A DNA stretch of 64,000 nt. It comes from Candidatus Eiseniibacteriota bacterium. Its GTDB lineage: Bacteria > Eisenbacteria > RBG-16-71-46. The stretch covers positions 1 to 64,000 of the forward strand of contig JBGPFC010000022.1 in the NCBI GenBank assembly GCA_041483195.1, given 5' to 3'. Of the stretch, positions 11,209 to 20,860 are shown one piece after another. The notes beneath the pieces were generated by a model that had not been told where the DNA came from, searched no databases, and was given only the letters and a program-made list of their open reading frames with translations. Position 1 is the first letter of the stretch; each line of letters opens with the position of its first letter. Made by a program: the position numbers and the translations under genes.

Positions 11209-12552
11209 TCAGCGCCGCGCGATGCCGTACTTGCGCATCTTCCGGTGGAGATTCGTACGGTCGATGCCGAGTCCGGAGGCGGCCTGCGTCACGTTCCAGG
11301 CCGCGGCCTCCAGTGCCTTGCGGATCGCGTCGGATTCACGCCGCTCGATCTCGCCGCGCAGCCCCACGCCGTCTTCCCGCCCCGGGGAGGACTCGAGCCA
11401 GACCGCGAGATCTTCGGCGCGCACCGTCTCGGCCTCGACCAGGATGGCGGCACGCTCCATGAGATTGCGCAGCTCGCGCACGTTTCCCGGCCATGCGTAT
11501 TCCTCGAGCACGGTCCGCGCCTCCGGCGCGAGCCGCTTCCCCGGCCGTCCTTCGGCCTCGCACGCGCGCGCGAGGAAGTGCTCGGCGAGCATCACGACGT
11601 CGGTCCGGCGCTCGCGCAACGGCGGCATGTGGAGGGGCAGGACGTTGATGCGGTAGTAGAGATCCTCCCGGAATACCTCGGCCTCGATCGCGCCCGGCAG
11701 GTCCTTGTTGGTCGCCGAGACGTACCGCACGTCGCAGCTCAGCGTGCGGGTCCCGCCCACCCGCTCGAATTCCCCGGTCTCGATCGCGCGCAGCAGCTTG
11801 GCCTGCGCCTCGAGCGACAGATCGCCGATCTCGTCGAGGAACAGCGTGCCCTGATCGGCGAGCTCGACACGGCCCTTCTTGCTCTGCATCGCCCCGGTGA
11901 ACGCGCCGCGCTCGTAGCCGAACAGTTCGCTCTCGACGAGGTCCTTGGGGATCGCCGCGCAGTTGAGCTTTACGAACGGGCCGGCCGCGCGCTTCGAGAG
12001 CGCGTGAACGGCGTGCGCGACCAGCTCCTTGCCGGCGCCGTTCTCCCCGGTGATGAGCACACGGCCCTGCGACGGCCCGACCCGGCGAATCTGGTCGATC
12101 AGGTTCAGCAGCGCGGGGCTCTCACCCACGAGCCCCAGGTTGTCGGCGCGCGCGGCGGGGGCGCCGCGCCGCATGCGTGTCACGCGCGACGCCTCCACGA
12201 CCGCGGCGAGCAGCCGGTCGGCTTGCGGGGGTTTCTCGATGAAATCGTAGGCCCCACGCCGCGCGGCCTGAAACGCGTTGGCGGTGGTCTTCTCACCCGT
12301 GACCACGATCACGCCCGTGTCGGGCGCGATCTCGCGGATCCGGCTCAGCGCGTCGAGCCCCGGGAGGCCGGGCATGCTGAGGTCGAGCAGCACCGCGTCC
12401 ACCCGGCGTTCGTCCAGCACCTCGAGCGCGCGGTCGCCGCTCTCCGCTTCGTAGACGGTGTGACCCTCGTCCTCCAGCGTGCCCCGGAGCGCGGCGCGAA
12501 TCTCGGCTTCGTCGTCCACTACCAGGATGTCGAGCCGGGCGTTCGTGCTCAT
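11209..12552 (-). CDS. Sigma54-dependent response regulator (NtrC/NtrX-like)
   Basis: REC (ILVVDDE, LLDLSMP), GENGAGKE, ESELFGYERGAFTGA, WPGNVRELRN, Fis-type HTH. Confidence 0.95.
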   Translation of the reverse strand: MSTNARLDILVVDDEAEIRAALRGTLEDEGHTVYEAESGDRALEVLDERRVDAVLLDLSMPGLPGLDALSRIREIAPDTGVIVVTGEKTTANAFQAARRGAYDFIEKPPQADRLLAAVVEASRVTRMRRGAPAARADNLGLVGESPALLNLIDQIRRVGPSQGRVLITGENGAGKELVAHAVHALSKRAAGPFVKLNCAAIPKDLVESELFGYERGAFTGAMQSKKGRVELADQGTLFLDEIGDLSLEAQAKLLRAIETGEFERVGGTRTLSCDVRYVSATNKDLPGAIEAEVFREDLYYRINVLPLHMPPLRERRTDVVMLAEHFLARACEAEGRPGKRLAPEARTVLEEYAWPGNVRELRNLMERAAILVEAETVRAEDLAVWLESSPGREDGVGLRGEIERRESDAIRKALEAAAWNVTQAASGLGIDRTNLHRKMRKYGIARR

Positions 12553-14078
12553 GGGCTCGCGGCGGTGAGGCCGCCCTCCTCCATCAGGGGAAGCTCGAGC
12601 CGCGCGCATGCGCCGCCGCCTTCCCGGTTCTCGAGTGCCACGCGGCCGTGATGCTGCGTGGCGATGTCGCGAACCAGCGCGAGCCCCAGCCCGCTGCTGC
12701 GCTGTTTCGTGCTGACGTACGGCTCGAACACTCTTTCGCGCAGATCGCCGGGAACACCAGGCCCGCGGTCCGCGATCTCCACGACCGCCCGCCCGTCCGC
12801 GGAATAGGTGCGCACCTCGACGCGACCACCGCTCGGGCTCGCCTCGCACGCGTTGAGCAGGAGATTGTGGATCGCGCGGGACAGTAGCAGAGAATCCCCC
12901 CGCACCATCAGCCGCGAGCCGGGCGCGATCGCCACGCCGACCCCTTCGTGCTCGTGCATGCCGGCCGCCTCGCGAGTCGCCTCGGTGAGGTCGAGCGGCT
13001 CGAACCGCGGATCGGGCAGGCGGGCGTACTGCGAGAACTGCTCGGCGAGACGCGTCATCTGGTCCACGCCGCGCTCCAGCGCGGCGAGACTCTCGCGCAC
13101 GGCGGCCTGCTGATCGGGCGGCACGCTCGCGGCGCGCGATGACAACCGGTGGAGCGAGAGCGCCATCGGCGTCAGGATGTTCTTGAACTCGTGGGCGAGC
13201 CGCCGCGCGACCTCGCGCCACGCCGCCTCGCGCTCCGCGTCCTTGAGGAGTTCTCGAGCCGATTCGAGTCCGGCGGTCATCGCGTTGAACCCCTCGCCCA
13301 GCGTGCGCAACTCGCGCGCGCCGGACGGGACGACGCGCGTGCTCAGATCGCCCGCCGCGACACGCTCGAACGCGGTCGCCAATCCGGCGAGCGGCCGCGC
13401 CATGCCCCGCGCGAGGAGCGTCGCGAGCGCGAGGGCGATCACGGCGATGCCCACCACCAGCAGCGAGACCAGCAGCCACACGTAACGGTGCTGCAGCGTG
13501 ACCAGCACGCCGAGCTGCCCGTAGCGGCTGACGCCGACGCCGACATCCTCGACCCGCGCGAAGAAATCGGGGGGCACCCACAGGCCCACGACCAGCTGCC
13601 GGCCGCGCGCGAGTCCCGCCACGGCCGCGATGGCCCCCTGCGCGGAATGCACCACGCGGCTCGAATCCGGCGAGCGGCCCAGCTCGGCGGACAGGTCCAC
13701 CGCAATCGGCGCGAGCACGCCCGGCGTCGTGATCTGCTCCTCCAGCCGCGGGCGCGCCCCATCGAGGCGATAGAGCTGAACGAAATCGAGGCCGGTCGCG
13801 CGCAGCGCCTCGCGCACGGCCTCGCGGTCGGCATCGCTCGAGAGCCCGTCGGGAAAGCGTGCGGCGAGGGCGTCGGCCTGCGCGAGGGAGGCGGCCTCGA
13901 TGCGAGCCAGCGAGGTGCGGGTGACTTCGAGCGCCGAGGAGAGGGCATGATTCACGCCCGGCCGGAACCAGCGCTCCGCCGAGCGGCCGAGCTGATCGAG
14001 GGTGAACGCGGTGTACACCGCGGTCGGGATCAGCGCGAGCGCGATGAGCGCGAGGGTGAGGCGGGTGCGGAGCGTCAT
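12549..14078 (-). CDS. HAMP sensor histidine kinase (NtrY-like)
   Basis: Two TM, HAMP, AWREVARRLAHEFKN H-box, DRGPG and GLGL ATPase boxes. Confidence 0.93.
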   Translation of the reverse strand: MTLRTRLTLALIALALIPTAVYTAFTLDQLGRSAERWFRPGVNHALSSALEVTRTSLARIEAASLAQADALAARFPDGLSSDADREAVREALRATGLDFVQLYRLDGARPRLEEQITTPGVLAPIAVDLSAELGRSPDSSRVVHSAQGAIAAVAGLARGRQLVVGLWVPPDFFARVEDVGVGVSRYGQLGVLVTLQHRYVWLLVSLLVVGIAVIALALATLLARGMARPLAGLATAFERVAAGDLSTRVVPSGARELRTLGEGFNAMTAGLESARELLKDAEREAAWREVARRLAHEFKNILTPMALSLHRLSSRAASVPPDQQAAVRESLAALERGVDQMTRLAEQFSQYARLPDPRFEPLDLTEATREAAGMHEHEGVGVAIAPGSRLMVRGDSLLLSRAIHNLLLNACEASPSGGRVEVRTYSADGRAVVEIADRGPGVPGDLRERVFEPYVSTKQRSSGLGLALVRDIATQHHGRVALENREGGGACARLELPLMEEGGLTAASP

Positions 14079-14121
14079 CGGGCCAGCCGGGCTCGCCGAA
14101 TCACGGCGCGTGGAGACGGGG

Positions 14122-15198
14122 TCAGGGGCTCAGTCCGCCGAGCTGACCGCACGCCGCCCAGATCTCTCCGCCCAGCGTATTGCGCACCGTGACCGCCGGA
14201 GCGCGCGGATACAGTCGGTGAACGAAATCGTCGATCGCTTCGGGGGTCGGCCGCTTCCAGGCGAGACCCGGGACGGGATTGTAGGGGATGAGGTTGATCT
14301 TGCTCGGGAGCTCGCTCGCGATCGCGCCGAGGCGCTCGGCATCTTCCGGGCGGTCGTTCACCCCGGCGAGGAGGGTGTATTCGATGGTGACGCGCCTTCC
14401 CGAACGCTCCCCGAACTCGCGCGCGGCGTCGAGCAGCTCGCGCAGCGGCCAGCGCCGGTTCACCGGAACGAGCTGGTCGCGCAGCGCGTCCTCCGTCGCG
14501 TGCAGCGAGATCGCGAGGCCGACCTGCAGGCCCTCTCCCGCGAGTTTCAGGATCTGCGGCACCAGTCCGCTGGTGGAGACCGTGATGCGCCGCGCGCCGA
14601 GATTGAGGCCGCGCCCCTCGTGGAGAATGCGGATCGCCTCGAGCACGGCGTCGTAGTTGGCGAGCGGTTCCCCCATGCCCATGAACACGATGTTGAAGCG
14701 ATCGTCCTGCCACCGATGAAAGTCACCCATCGCGATCACCTGGGCGACGATCTCCTCGGCCCTCAGATTTCGCTTGAGGCCCATCAGGCCCGTCGCGCAG
14801 AACGAGCACTTGAGGGCGCATCCCACCTGGCTCGAGACGCAGAAGGTGAGCCGGCGTGGCATGCGCATCGAGACGCACTCCACGCGCGCGCCGTCCGCGA
14901 GCGCGATGACGAACTTGTGGGTGTTGCGGTCGCCGCTCTCCAGCACCGAAGCCGCACGAGGCTGCGAGAGGTCGCAGAGCTCACCCAGCCCGTTGCGGAG
15001 CGTGAGCGGCAGGTTGGTCATCCCCTCCGCGCGATACTCGTGCTTCCGATAGACCCACGAGTAGAGCTGCGCGGCGCGGTAACCCTGAAGGCCGCGGCTG
15101 CCGAGGTGAAGCGCAAGACGCTCCATGCTGAAGCCGAAGAAGCTCGGCCGGTTCCCGGTGGGCCGCACGGGGGCTGAATCGAGGGATGGGATGGTCAT
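14122..15198 (-). CDS. rlmN: 23S rRNA/tRNA m2A methyltransferase RlmN
   Basis: CVSSQVGCALKCSFC, FMGMGEP, NLIPYN, AACGQL; TTGACC-N17-TAGCTT promoter at 15244-15216. Confidence 0.96.
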   Translation of the reverse strand: MTIPSLDSAPVRPTGNRPSFFGFSMERLALHLGSRGLQGYRAAQLYSWVYRKHEYRAEGMTNLPLTLRNGLGELCDLSQPRAASVLESGDRNTHKFVIALADGARVECVSMRMPRRLTFCVSSQVGCALKCSFCATGLMGLKRNLRAEEIVAQVIAMGDFHRWQDDRFNIVFMGMGEPLANYDAVLEAIRILHEGRGLNLGARRITVSTSGLVPQILKLAGEGLQVGLAISLHATEDALRDQLVPVNRRWPLRELLDAAREFGERSGRRVTIEYTLLAGVNDRPEDAERLGAIASELPSKINLIPYNPVPGLAWKRPTPEAIDDFVHRLYPRAPAVTVRNTLGGEIWAACGQLGGLSP

Positions 15199-15258
15199 GG
15201 CGGTGGCTCCGGCCCAAGCTATCAATCTGCCGTGTTGCGGTCAACGGAAGCAGGTGGT

Positions 15259-15885
15259 ATGCATCCCCGTGCAATGGATGAAGCGCCCTTCGAAACTCGC
15301 GCGATTCTGGCTTGCCTCGGGGTTCCGTCCCGTTTTCGGATCGCTCACTCGCTGCTCTCCGCCGAGCGCTGCGTGAGCGATCTCGCCGCGGACATCGGAC
15401 TCTCGCAGTCCTGCACCACCCGACACCTGCAGGCACTGCAGCGCGAGGGCCTGGTGTGCGGCGCGCGCGCCGGCAAGCGGGTGGTGTTTCGCCTCTGCCT
15501 CGATCGGCCGCACGTCCGCCATTTGCTGTCGTGGGTGACGGGCCAGATATCGAACGCCGCCGCCGTTCATTCCGAGGGTGCTCGCCCTCGAGATCGCGCG
15601 GCGCGTGGGACCCGAGCCCGGCCTGCGAACCCGCGCCCACCTTCGGCGGCCGGCGACCGCCCCGGAACACGGCGCCATCTCGGCCCACCCTACTCGCAAG
15701 AGTCGGCGCGCCAACCGAACCCGCCGCGCGTCGATGGACCAGGCCAGACATCGGACGGCGCTCAGCAGCTGGCGCCGGCGACCGACATGTTTCCCGTCGC
15801 GGGGTCGCCGAGCGACGCCGCCCCGCCGCTTGGCGCCGCGCGCGTCGCGCCTCGGGCGAACGATCTCGAGGACTGGCTCCTGTGA
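15259..15885 (+). CDS. ArsR/SmtB family regulator with long disordered C-terminal tail (start may be 15274)
   Basis: LGVPSRFRI...CVSDLAADIGLSQSCTTRHLQALQREGLV winged HTH. Confidence 0.75.
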   Translation: MHPRAMDEAPFETRAILACLGVPSRFRIAHSLLSAERCVSDLAADIGLSQSCTTRHLQALQREGLVCGARAGKRVVFRLCLDRPHVRHLLSWVTGQISNAAAVHSEGARPRDRAARGTRARPANPRPPSAAGDRPGTRRHLGPPYSQESARQPNPPRVDGPGQTSDGAQQLAPATDMFPVAGSPSDAAPPLGAARVAPRANDLEDWLL

Positions 15886-16928
15886 GCGAACCCAATCGTA
15901 TGCGTGTCGGTGCAATTGATCTCGGTTCGAATTCGCTTCGACTGCTGGTGGCCGACGTCTCCGCCGGGTCAGCGGACGCTGGTCAGCTGACGGTCCTGGC
16001 TCGGGCGGGTGAGGCTTGCCGTCTCGCACGGGGGCTCGAACACAGCGGGATGATCGAGGGCGAGATCGCCGAACGTGCCGGATCGATCGCGCGGGAGTTT
16101 GTCCGCCGCGCGCGCGGCCTCGGAGCCGTCAACATCATTTGCGGGGCCACGGCGGCATTGCGGAGCGCATCCAATGGCGCCGCGATCGCGGAGGCCATCG
16201 GCCATGCCTGCGGCGTCCCGGTGCGCATTCTGAGCGGAGAGGACGAGGCACGGTTGACGTACCGGGCCGTCGTGCTCGGTCTCGGGTCGGCCGCTGGCCG
16301 CAGCTCGTGCGTCGTGTTCGACATCGGAGGCGGGAGCACCGAGGTCGTGAGCGGGGTGGGTGACAGGCCCGGCCGCTGGACCAGCCTGCCCGTCGGCGCC
16401 GTCAATTTGAGCGAGCGTCACCCGCTTTCGGATCCCGCCGGGTCGGGTGAAGTCGAGATCCTGCGCGATGAGCTTCGAGAGTTAATTATGCATAAGTGTG
16501 CATACATGCCGTCGCGTGCGCCGCTGTTCGCCGGGGTCGGCGGGACCGTCACCCTCCTGGCCGCGCTGGCGACCGGGCTCACGACCTACGACCCAGCGCT
16601 CCTCGAGGGCAGGAACATCGACGGACCGCGGCTCGCGGGACTGATCCAGCGCCTGCTCGATTCGAGCCACCAGGAGCGTCTCGGCTGGCCCGTCATGGGA
16701 GAGGGGCGCGCCGACATCGTGGTGGCCGGGGCCATCATGGTCGGAATGCTGGCCGAGCGCTTCCCATCGAACGGCCTGGTCTGCTCGACCCAGGGCCTCC
16801 GGTATGGCCTCGTGCGTCTCGCGGCGGAAGAAGCCCTCGAGCGCAGGGGAGCGGAAGCCCGCCGAGCCGGCGGGGCTCCAAACCCGCTCGATGTATTCGA
16901 GCCCGGCGGGGACCTCGGGCCAGCCTGA
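15882..16928 (+). CDS. ppx: Ppx/GppA family phosphatase
   Basis: AIDLGSNSLRL, ATAALRSASN, LSGEDEA, DIGGGSTE, GRADIV, GLRYG. Confidence 0.93.
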   Translation: MSEPNRMRVGAIDLGSNSLRLLVADVSAGSADAGQLTVLARAGEACRLARGLEHSGMIEGEIAERAGSIAREFVRRARGLGAVNIICGATAALRSASNGAAIAEAIGHACGVPVRILSGEDEARLTYRAVVLGLGSAAGRSSCVVFDIGGGSTEVVSGVGDRPGRWTSLPVGAVNLSERHPLSDPAGSGEVEILRDELRELIMHKCAYMPSRAPLFAGVGGTVTLLAALATGLTTYDPALLEGRNIDGPRLAGLIQRLLDSSHQERLGWPVMGEGRADIVVAGAIMVGMLAERFPSNGLVCSTQGLRYGLVRLAAEEALERRGAEARRAGGAPNPLDVFEPGGDLGPA

Positions 16929-16937
16929 AGTTACCCG

Positions 16938-16967
16938 TTGACGCCTCTCCCGATGCGGGCGGATACT
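16938..16967 (+). promoter_or_regulatory. Possible sigma70-type promoter for the small secreted protein gene
   Basis: TTGACG-N18-GATACT. Confidence 0.4.
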
Positions 16968-17093
16968 TGAGCCGGCATCCAGTTGCAGGCGTGGTCCCCT
17001 CAAGATTTCCGAGTCGCGCGGCGTCGGTTTCCTCCGATCGCGTAATGTTGTCGTTTTTTCTTTCACCGCCAGTCGTGGAGGGAGCGGGATCGC

Positions 17094-17423
17094 ATGGTGA
17101 AGACTCGCAACAGGCTCCTGGTCACGCTGGTCCCCATTCTGGTGGCGGCGACGATGATGGCTTCTGTCGCCCTGGCCCGCCCGAGGACCGACGGCACTCC
17201 GTCTGGGACTACGGCGGGCTCTGGGATTCAGAAGCCAGTCGCTCTGCCTGCCTCCGGAGAGCCGGATGTTCCGCAAGCTCCAGTCCTGCCCCAGGCACCG
17301 GGCTACACGGTCTCAGCGCCCGAAGTGGGTGTGACCGGTAACGAAGGAATGGATCCGGGCTTTGCGTTCATCCGTGGGATCGGCAGGATCTGGGCGGCGA
17401 TTTACTTGAGGGTGGCCTTTTAG
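17094..17423 (+). CDS. Small secreted protein (109 aa), unknown function
   Basis: GGAGGGAG RBS; Sec signal ending VALA; low-complexity core with SGEPDVP; amphipathic C-terminal helix. Confidence 0.7.
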   Translation: MVKTRNRLLVTLVPILVAATMMASVALARPRTDGTPSGTTAGSGIQKPVALPASGEPDVPQAPVLPQAPGYTVSAPEVGVTGNEGMDPGFAFIRGIGRIWAAIYLRVAF

Positions 17424-17542
17424 CCGAACGCTTCATCCGAAGGGCCATCGTCGCAAGGCTTGAGATTTCGAATCGCTTTCAGCGCTCCGGACCGAACCGC
17501 CGGAGCGCTCAACCGGGCGTCGAAAACCGAGGGTTCGGAAAA

Positions 17543-20500
17543 GTGCAGCGAGCGATCCCCCCCGATCTGTCTCATGCTCACCTCTCCGCTCAAGAGGGAG
17601 CGCTGCAGTATGAAGCGATCGGTGATTTGCACCTGGCCGCCGACAACTTCTCGGGAGCCGTCGATGCCTACTCGGCGGCGCTGCGAGAGTTGGGCCCCGA
17701 GGCGCCCCGCGAGCGTTGTCGGCTCCTGCTGAGGGTCGCGGAAGCCCAGATCCATCGTGGCGATTATGAGGCGGCGACCGGCCGGCTCCGCGAAGCCCGG
17801 GGCACGGCGAGGCTGCTCGGCGATTCGCGCGTTCTCGCCGCCGTCGCCGCCCGGTTCGCGGACGCGCTCACCGAACTCGGCCAGTACCGCCGGGGCCGGC
17901 GTTACGCGCTCTACGCCTATCGCGTCCTTCGCGACACGGATGAGCACCGTACCGTCGGGCAGGTCGGCGTGCGGCTCGGGACCTGCTGCGCGAGGTTGGG
18001 TCGCGTCGCGGAGGCCATCGAATGGCTCCAGAATGCCGCCGCCACATTCCGCCGGATCGACTACATCGATGGACTGGTCACGGCGCTCAACAACCTGGGC
18101 CTCGTCTACAAGAACCTGCGTGACTGGCGCGAGGCCACCCGCTTCCTCGAGCAGGCGCTGCGCCTGGACGAACGAGCGGGACTCTACGCGCGGATGCGCG
18201 GGCACAATCAGAATCTCGGCCTGATCCGCTACCGCCTCGGGCAGTGGGACCTGGCCGAAGAGAATTTCCGCCAGTCGCTCAAGATCGGTCGCGAGACCGG
18301 GCACCTGCAGGGTGAAGCCGCCGCGTTGCTCGCGCTGGGCATGCTCTGCCGCCGCCGCCGCCAGTTCGACCGCGCCGATGAGCATTTCCGCCGGGCGATG
18401 GCGCTCTCGACCCAGGTGGGAGCGCAGCGCGAGACGTTGCTCGCTCGCGAGTTCCTGGCGGAGGTCGAGCTCGACCGCGGAAACGGGGCGGGCGCGCTGG
18501 CGCTGCTCGAGGCCGCTCTCGATGACGCGCGCCAGATGGCGCCACAGGGCGACATGGTGGCCGAGCTCGAGACCCGCACCGGCATGGCGCTGCTTCAGCT
18601 CGGTCGCGCCGATGAGGCGCAGCGGCACCTGCTGAATGGCTCGACCCTGGCCGAGCAGATCGGGGACCGGATCGAGCAGGCGATCGCGGAGCGCGCGCTC
18701 GCGCGGCTCGACGCGATGCGCGGAAACGTCCCGGGGCTCGAGGCGAGGCTGAGAGTCGCGACGCAGTGCTTCGACGAACTCGGCGAGGTCTACGAGCTCG
18801 CGGTCTCCCTGCTGGCGTGGAGCGAGTACCTGTTCCTGCTGCCATCCAGCGCGCGGCTGCGCATGGAGCTGGATCCGATCACCGACGCGACCCGGCGCGC
18901 GTGCACGCTGTTCCGCCAGCTGGGGGTGTCGCCGCTCGCGGCGGAGGCGATGCTCAATCTCTCGCGACTCGAAGCGGAGCGCGAGCATTACGATCAGGCG
19001 CTCTCGATTCTCGAGCAGGCCGAACGCTGGCTCGACGAATCGGACGACCCCGAGACTCGCGATCGCGCAGAGGCGCTGCGCCGTGATCTCGAGCGCCAGT
19101 ACGTCGCGGTTTCGCTGTCGACCTGCAACGAATTCCGCGCCCTCGAGGAGGCCAACCGCCTGTTCCGCGAGACCTCCGACATGGACGGCGTGCTGAGCCA
19201 GGCCGTTCGGCTCGCCGTCGAGCACGCGGGTGGCGACCGGGGCTTCGTCGCGTTCACAGGGGGCGGGAGCCGCCTCGACGTGGTTGCGCAGCATGGGCTC
19301 GGCCGTGACCGTGCGCGCCGCATCCTCAAGGTGATCGAGGGGATCTTCGGAACTCGCATCGCCGAGAGCGGCCCGCTGTTCTCCAGCCGCGTCACGGCGG
19401 ATCCACGCTTCCACGCCGCGGTGGTCGACGCGCTCGAGGGCGTGGGATCGCTGGTGAGCGTCCCGCTGAACTTCCCGTCGCAGTCGATGGGGCTCGTCTA
19501 CGTCGACCGTCTGAACGACAACCTGCTCGGCGCGTTCAAACAACGCGAGCTGAATCTGCTCGCGGTGCTCGCCAACAGCGCGGCGGTCGCGATCGTCGAA
19601 GCGCAACGCTCGCTGCTCCTGCAGGAGAACAAGCAGCTGCGGGACAAGCTCCGGCCGGCGCCGGGCTCCGAGCGCGTGATCTCCCAGTCGCGCGAGATGA
19701 CGAGCGTCATGAGCCTGCTCGGTAAGGTCGGGGACAGCCAGGCCACCGTGCTGTTCATCGGCGAGACCGGGACCGGGAAAGGCCTGCTCGCCCAGGTCGT
19801 TCACGAAATCTCCAACCGGCGGGACCGGTCGTTCGTCCAGGTGAACTGCGCGGCGCTCCCCGAGCAGCTGCTCGAGAGCGAGCTGTTCGGCTACATGCAC
19901 GGGGCGTTCACCGGCGCGACGCGGGACAAGGCGGGACTTTTCGAGGAGGCGGAGGGCGGCACCATCTTCCTCGACGAGATCGAGAAGGTTCCCGAGAGCG
20001 TCCAGGCGAAGCTGCTTCACGTGCTCGACCGCGGCGAGATCCGCCCGGTGGGCGCGACCCGCAGCAAGCGCGTGGACGCGCGCGTCATCTGCGCCACCGG
20101 ATGCGACCTGCGCGAGCGCATCAAGGCCGGACGATTCCTCGAAGACCTGTACTACCGGCTCAACGACATCACCGTGCGGGTTCCCGCGCTGCGCGAGCGG
20201 CGCGAGGACATTCCGGTGCTCGCCCAGCATTTTCTCGCGCTCTACTCGCGGCAGATGGAGAAGACGGTGCGCGGCTTCTCGCCCGCCGTGGTGCAGGCAT
20301 TCCTGGTGCACCCGTGGCGCGGAAACGTCCGCGAGCTGGAGAAGACCGTGAAGCGCATGCTGGTCCTCGCTGACGATGGCGACACGCTGGATCTCGATCT
20401 GCTGCCGCCCGAGATGCGCGAGACGGTGGGCGGCGCCGCCGAGAAGCCGAACGGCCGATCGCTGCGCTCGAACGTGTCGCAGCTCGAGCGGCGAATGATC

Positions 20501-20623
20501 GCCGACGCGCTCGAACGCTTCCGATGGAACAAGGCGCGAACCGCCCGGGAACTCGGCCTCAGCTATCCCACCCTCCTGAGCAAGATCCGATCGCTCGAGA
20601 TCGAACGGCGCAAGAAGACCTGA
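17543..20623 (+). CDS. TPR-GAF-AAA+-HTH sigma54 enhancer-binding protein lacking a receiver domain
   Basis: ~500 aa TPR (ALNNLGLVY, NQNLGLIRY), GAF (MGLVYVD), GETGTGKG, ESELFGYMHGAFTGA, FLDEI, HTH. Confidence 0.93.
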   Translation: MQRAIPPDLSHAHLSAQEGALQYEAIGDLHLAADNFSGAVDAYSAALRELGPEAPRERCRLLLRVAEAQIHRGDYEAATGRLREARGTARLLGDSRVLAAVAARFADALTELGQYRRGRRYALYAYRVLRDTDEHRTVGQVGVRLGTCCARLGRVAEAIEWLQNAAATFRRIDYIDGLVTALNNLGLVYKNLRDWREATRFLEQALRLDERAGLYARMRGHNQNLGLIRYRLGQWDLAEENFRQSLKIGRETGHLQGEAAALLALGMLCRRRRQFDRADEHFRRAMALSTQVGAQRETLLAREFLAEVELDRGNGAGALALLEAALDDARQMAPQGDMVAELETRTGMALLQLGRADEAQRHLLNGSTLAEQIGDRIEQAIAERALARLDAMRGNVPGLEARLRVATQCFDELGEVYELAVSLLAWSEYLFLLPSSARLRMELDPITDATRRACTLFRQLGVSPLAAEAMLNLSRLEAEREHYDQALSILEQAERWLDESDDPETRDRAEALRRDLERQYVAVSLSTCNEFRALEEANRLFRETSDMDGVLSQAVRLAVEHAGGDRGFVAFTGGGSRLDVVAQHGLGRDRARRILKVIEGIFGTRIAESGPLFSSRVTADPRFHAAVVDALEGVGSLVSVPLNFPSQSMGLVYVDRLNDNLLGAFKQRELNLLAVLANSAAVAIVEAQRSLLLQENKQLRDKLRPAPGSERVISQSREMTSVMSLLGKVGDSQATVLFIGETGTGKGLLAQVVHEISNRRDRSFVQVNCAALPEQLLESELFGYMHGAFTGATRDKAGLFEEAEGGTIFLDEIEKVPESVQAKLLHVLDRGEIRPVGATRSKRVDARVICATGCDLRERIKAGRFLEDLYYRLNDITVRVPALRERREDIPVLAQHFLALYSRQMEKTVRGFSPAVVQAFLVHPWRGNVRELEKTVKRMLVLADDGDTLDLDLLPPEMRETVGGAAEKPNGRSLRSNVSQLERRMIADALERFRWNKARTARELGLSYPTLLSKIRSLEIERRKKT

Positions 20624-20675
20624 ACTGGCGCCGCGCTTGATAGTTCGCTTGTAAAATACTTTGCTAGGAAAGCCC

Positions 20676-20715
20676 GCGCCGTTTCGGCACTTAGCCGAAG
20701 CGGCGCAAGTCTTTT
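20676..20715 (+). terminator. Hairpin/probable terminator after activator gene
   Basis: GCGCCGTTTCGGC-ACTTA-GCCGAAGCGGCGC then AAGTCTTTT. Confidence 0.6.
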
Positions 20716-20838
20716 ATATTTTGTTCCGAGTTCGTCCCGTGAATCCGTCCTCTCGCGTCCCGCCACCTCGAGCTTCGAGATCCAGTAATCCGTTGCCATC
20801 CAACCCGCTGCCGAGAAATCACGATGTCGGGCCCTCGC

Positions 20839-20854
20839 TGGCACGGAGGGTGCT
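20839..20854 (+). promoter_or_regulatory. Sigma54 -24/-12 promoter upstream of candidate ncRNA
   Basis: TGGCACGGAGGGTGCT, GG-N10-GC. Confidence 0.7.
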
Positions 20855-20860
20855 GTAACC

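Noticed and set aside
16972..16987. CGGCATCCAGTTGCA as a sigma54 promoter
   Set aside because: GG to GC spacing is 9, not the required 10
20626..20640. TGGCGCCGCGCTTGA as a sigma54 promoter
   Set aside because: -12 element is GA rather than GC and a terminator-like hairpin follows
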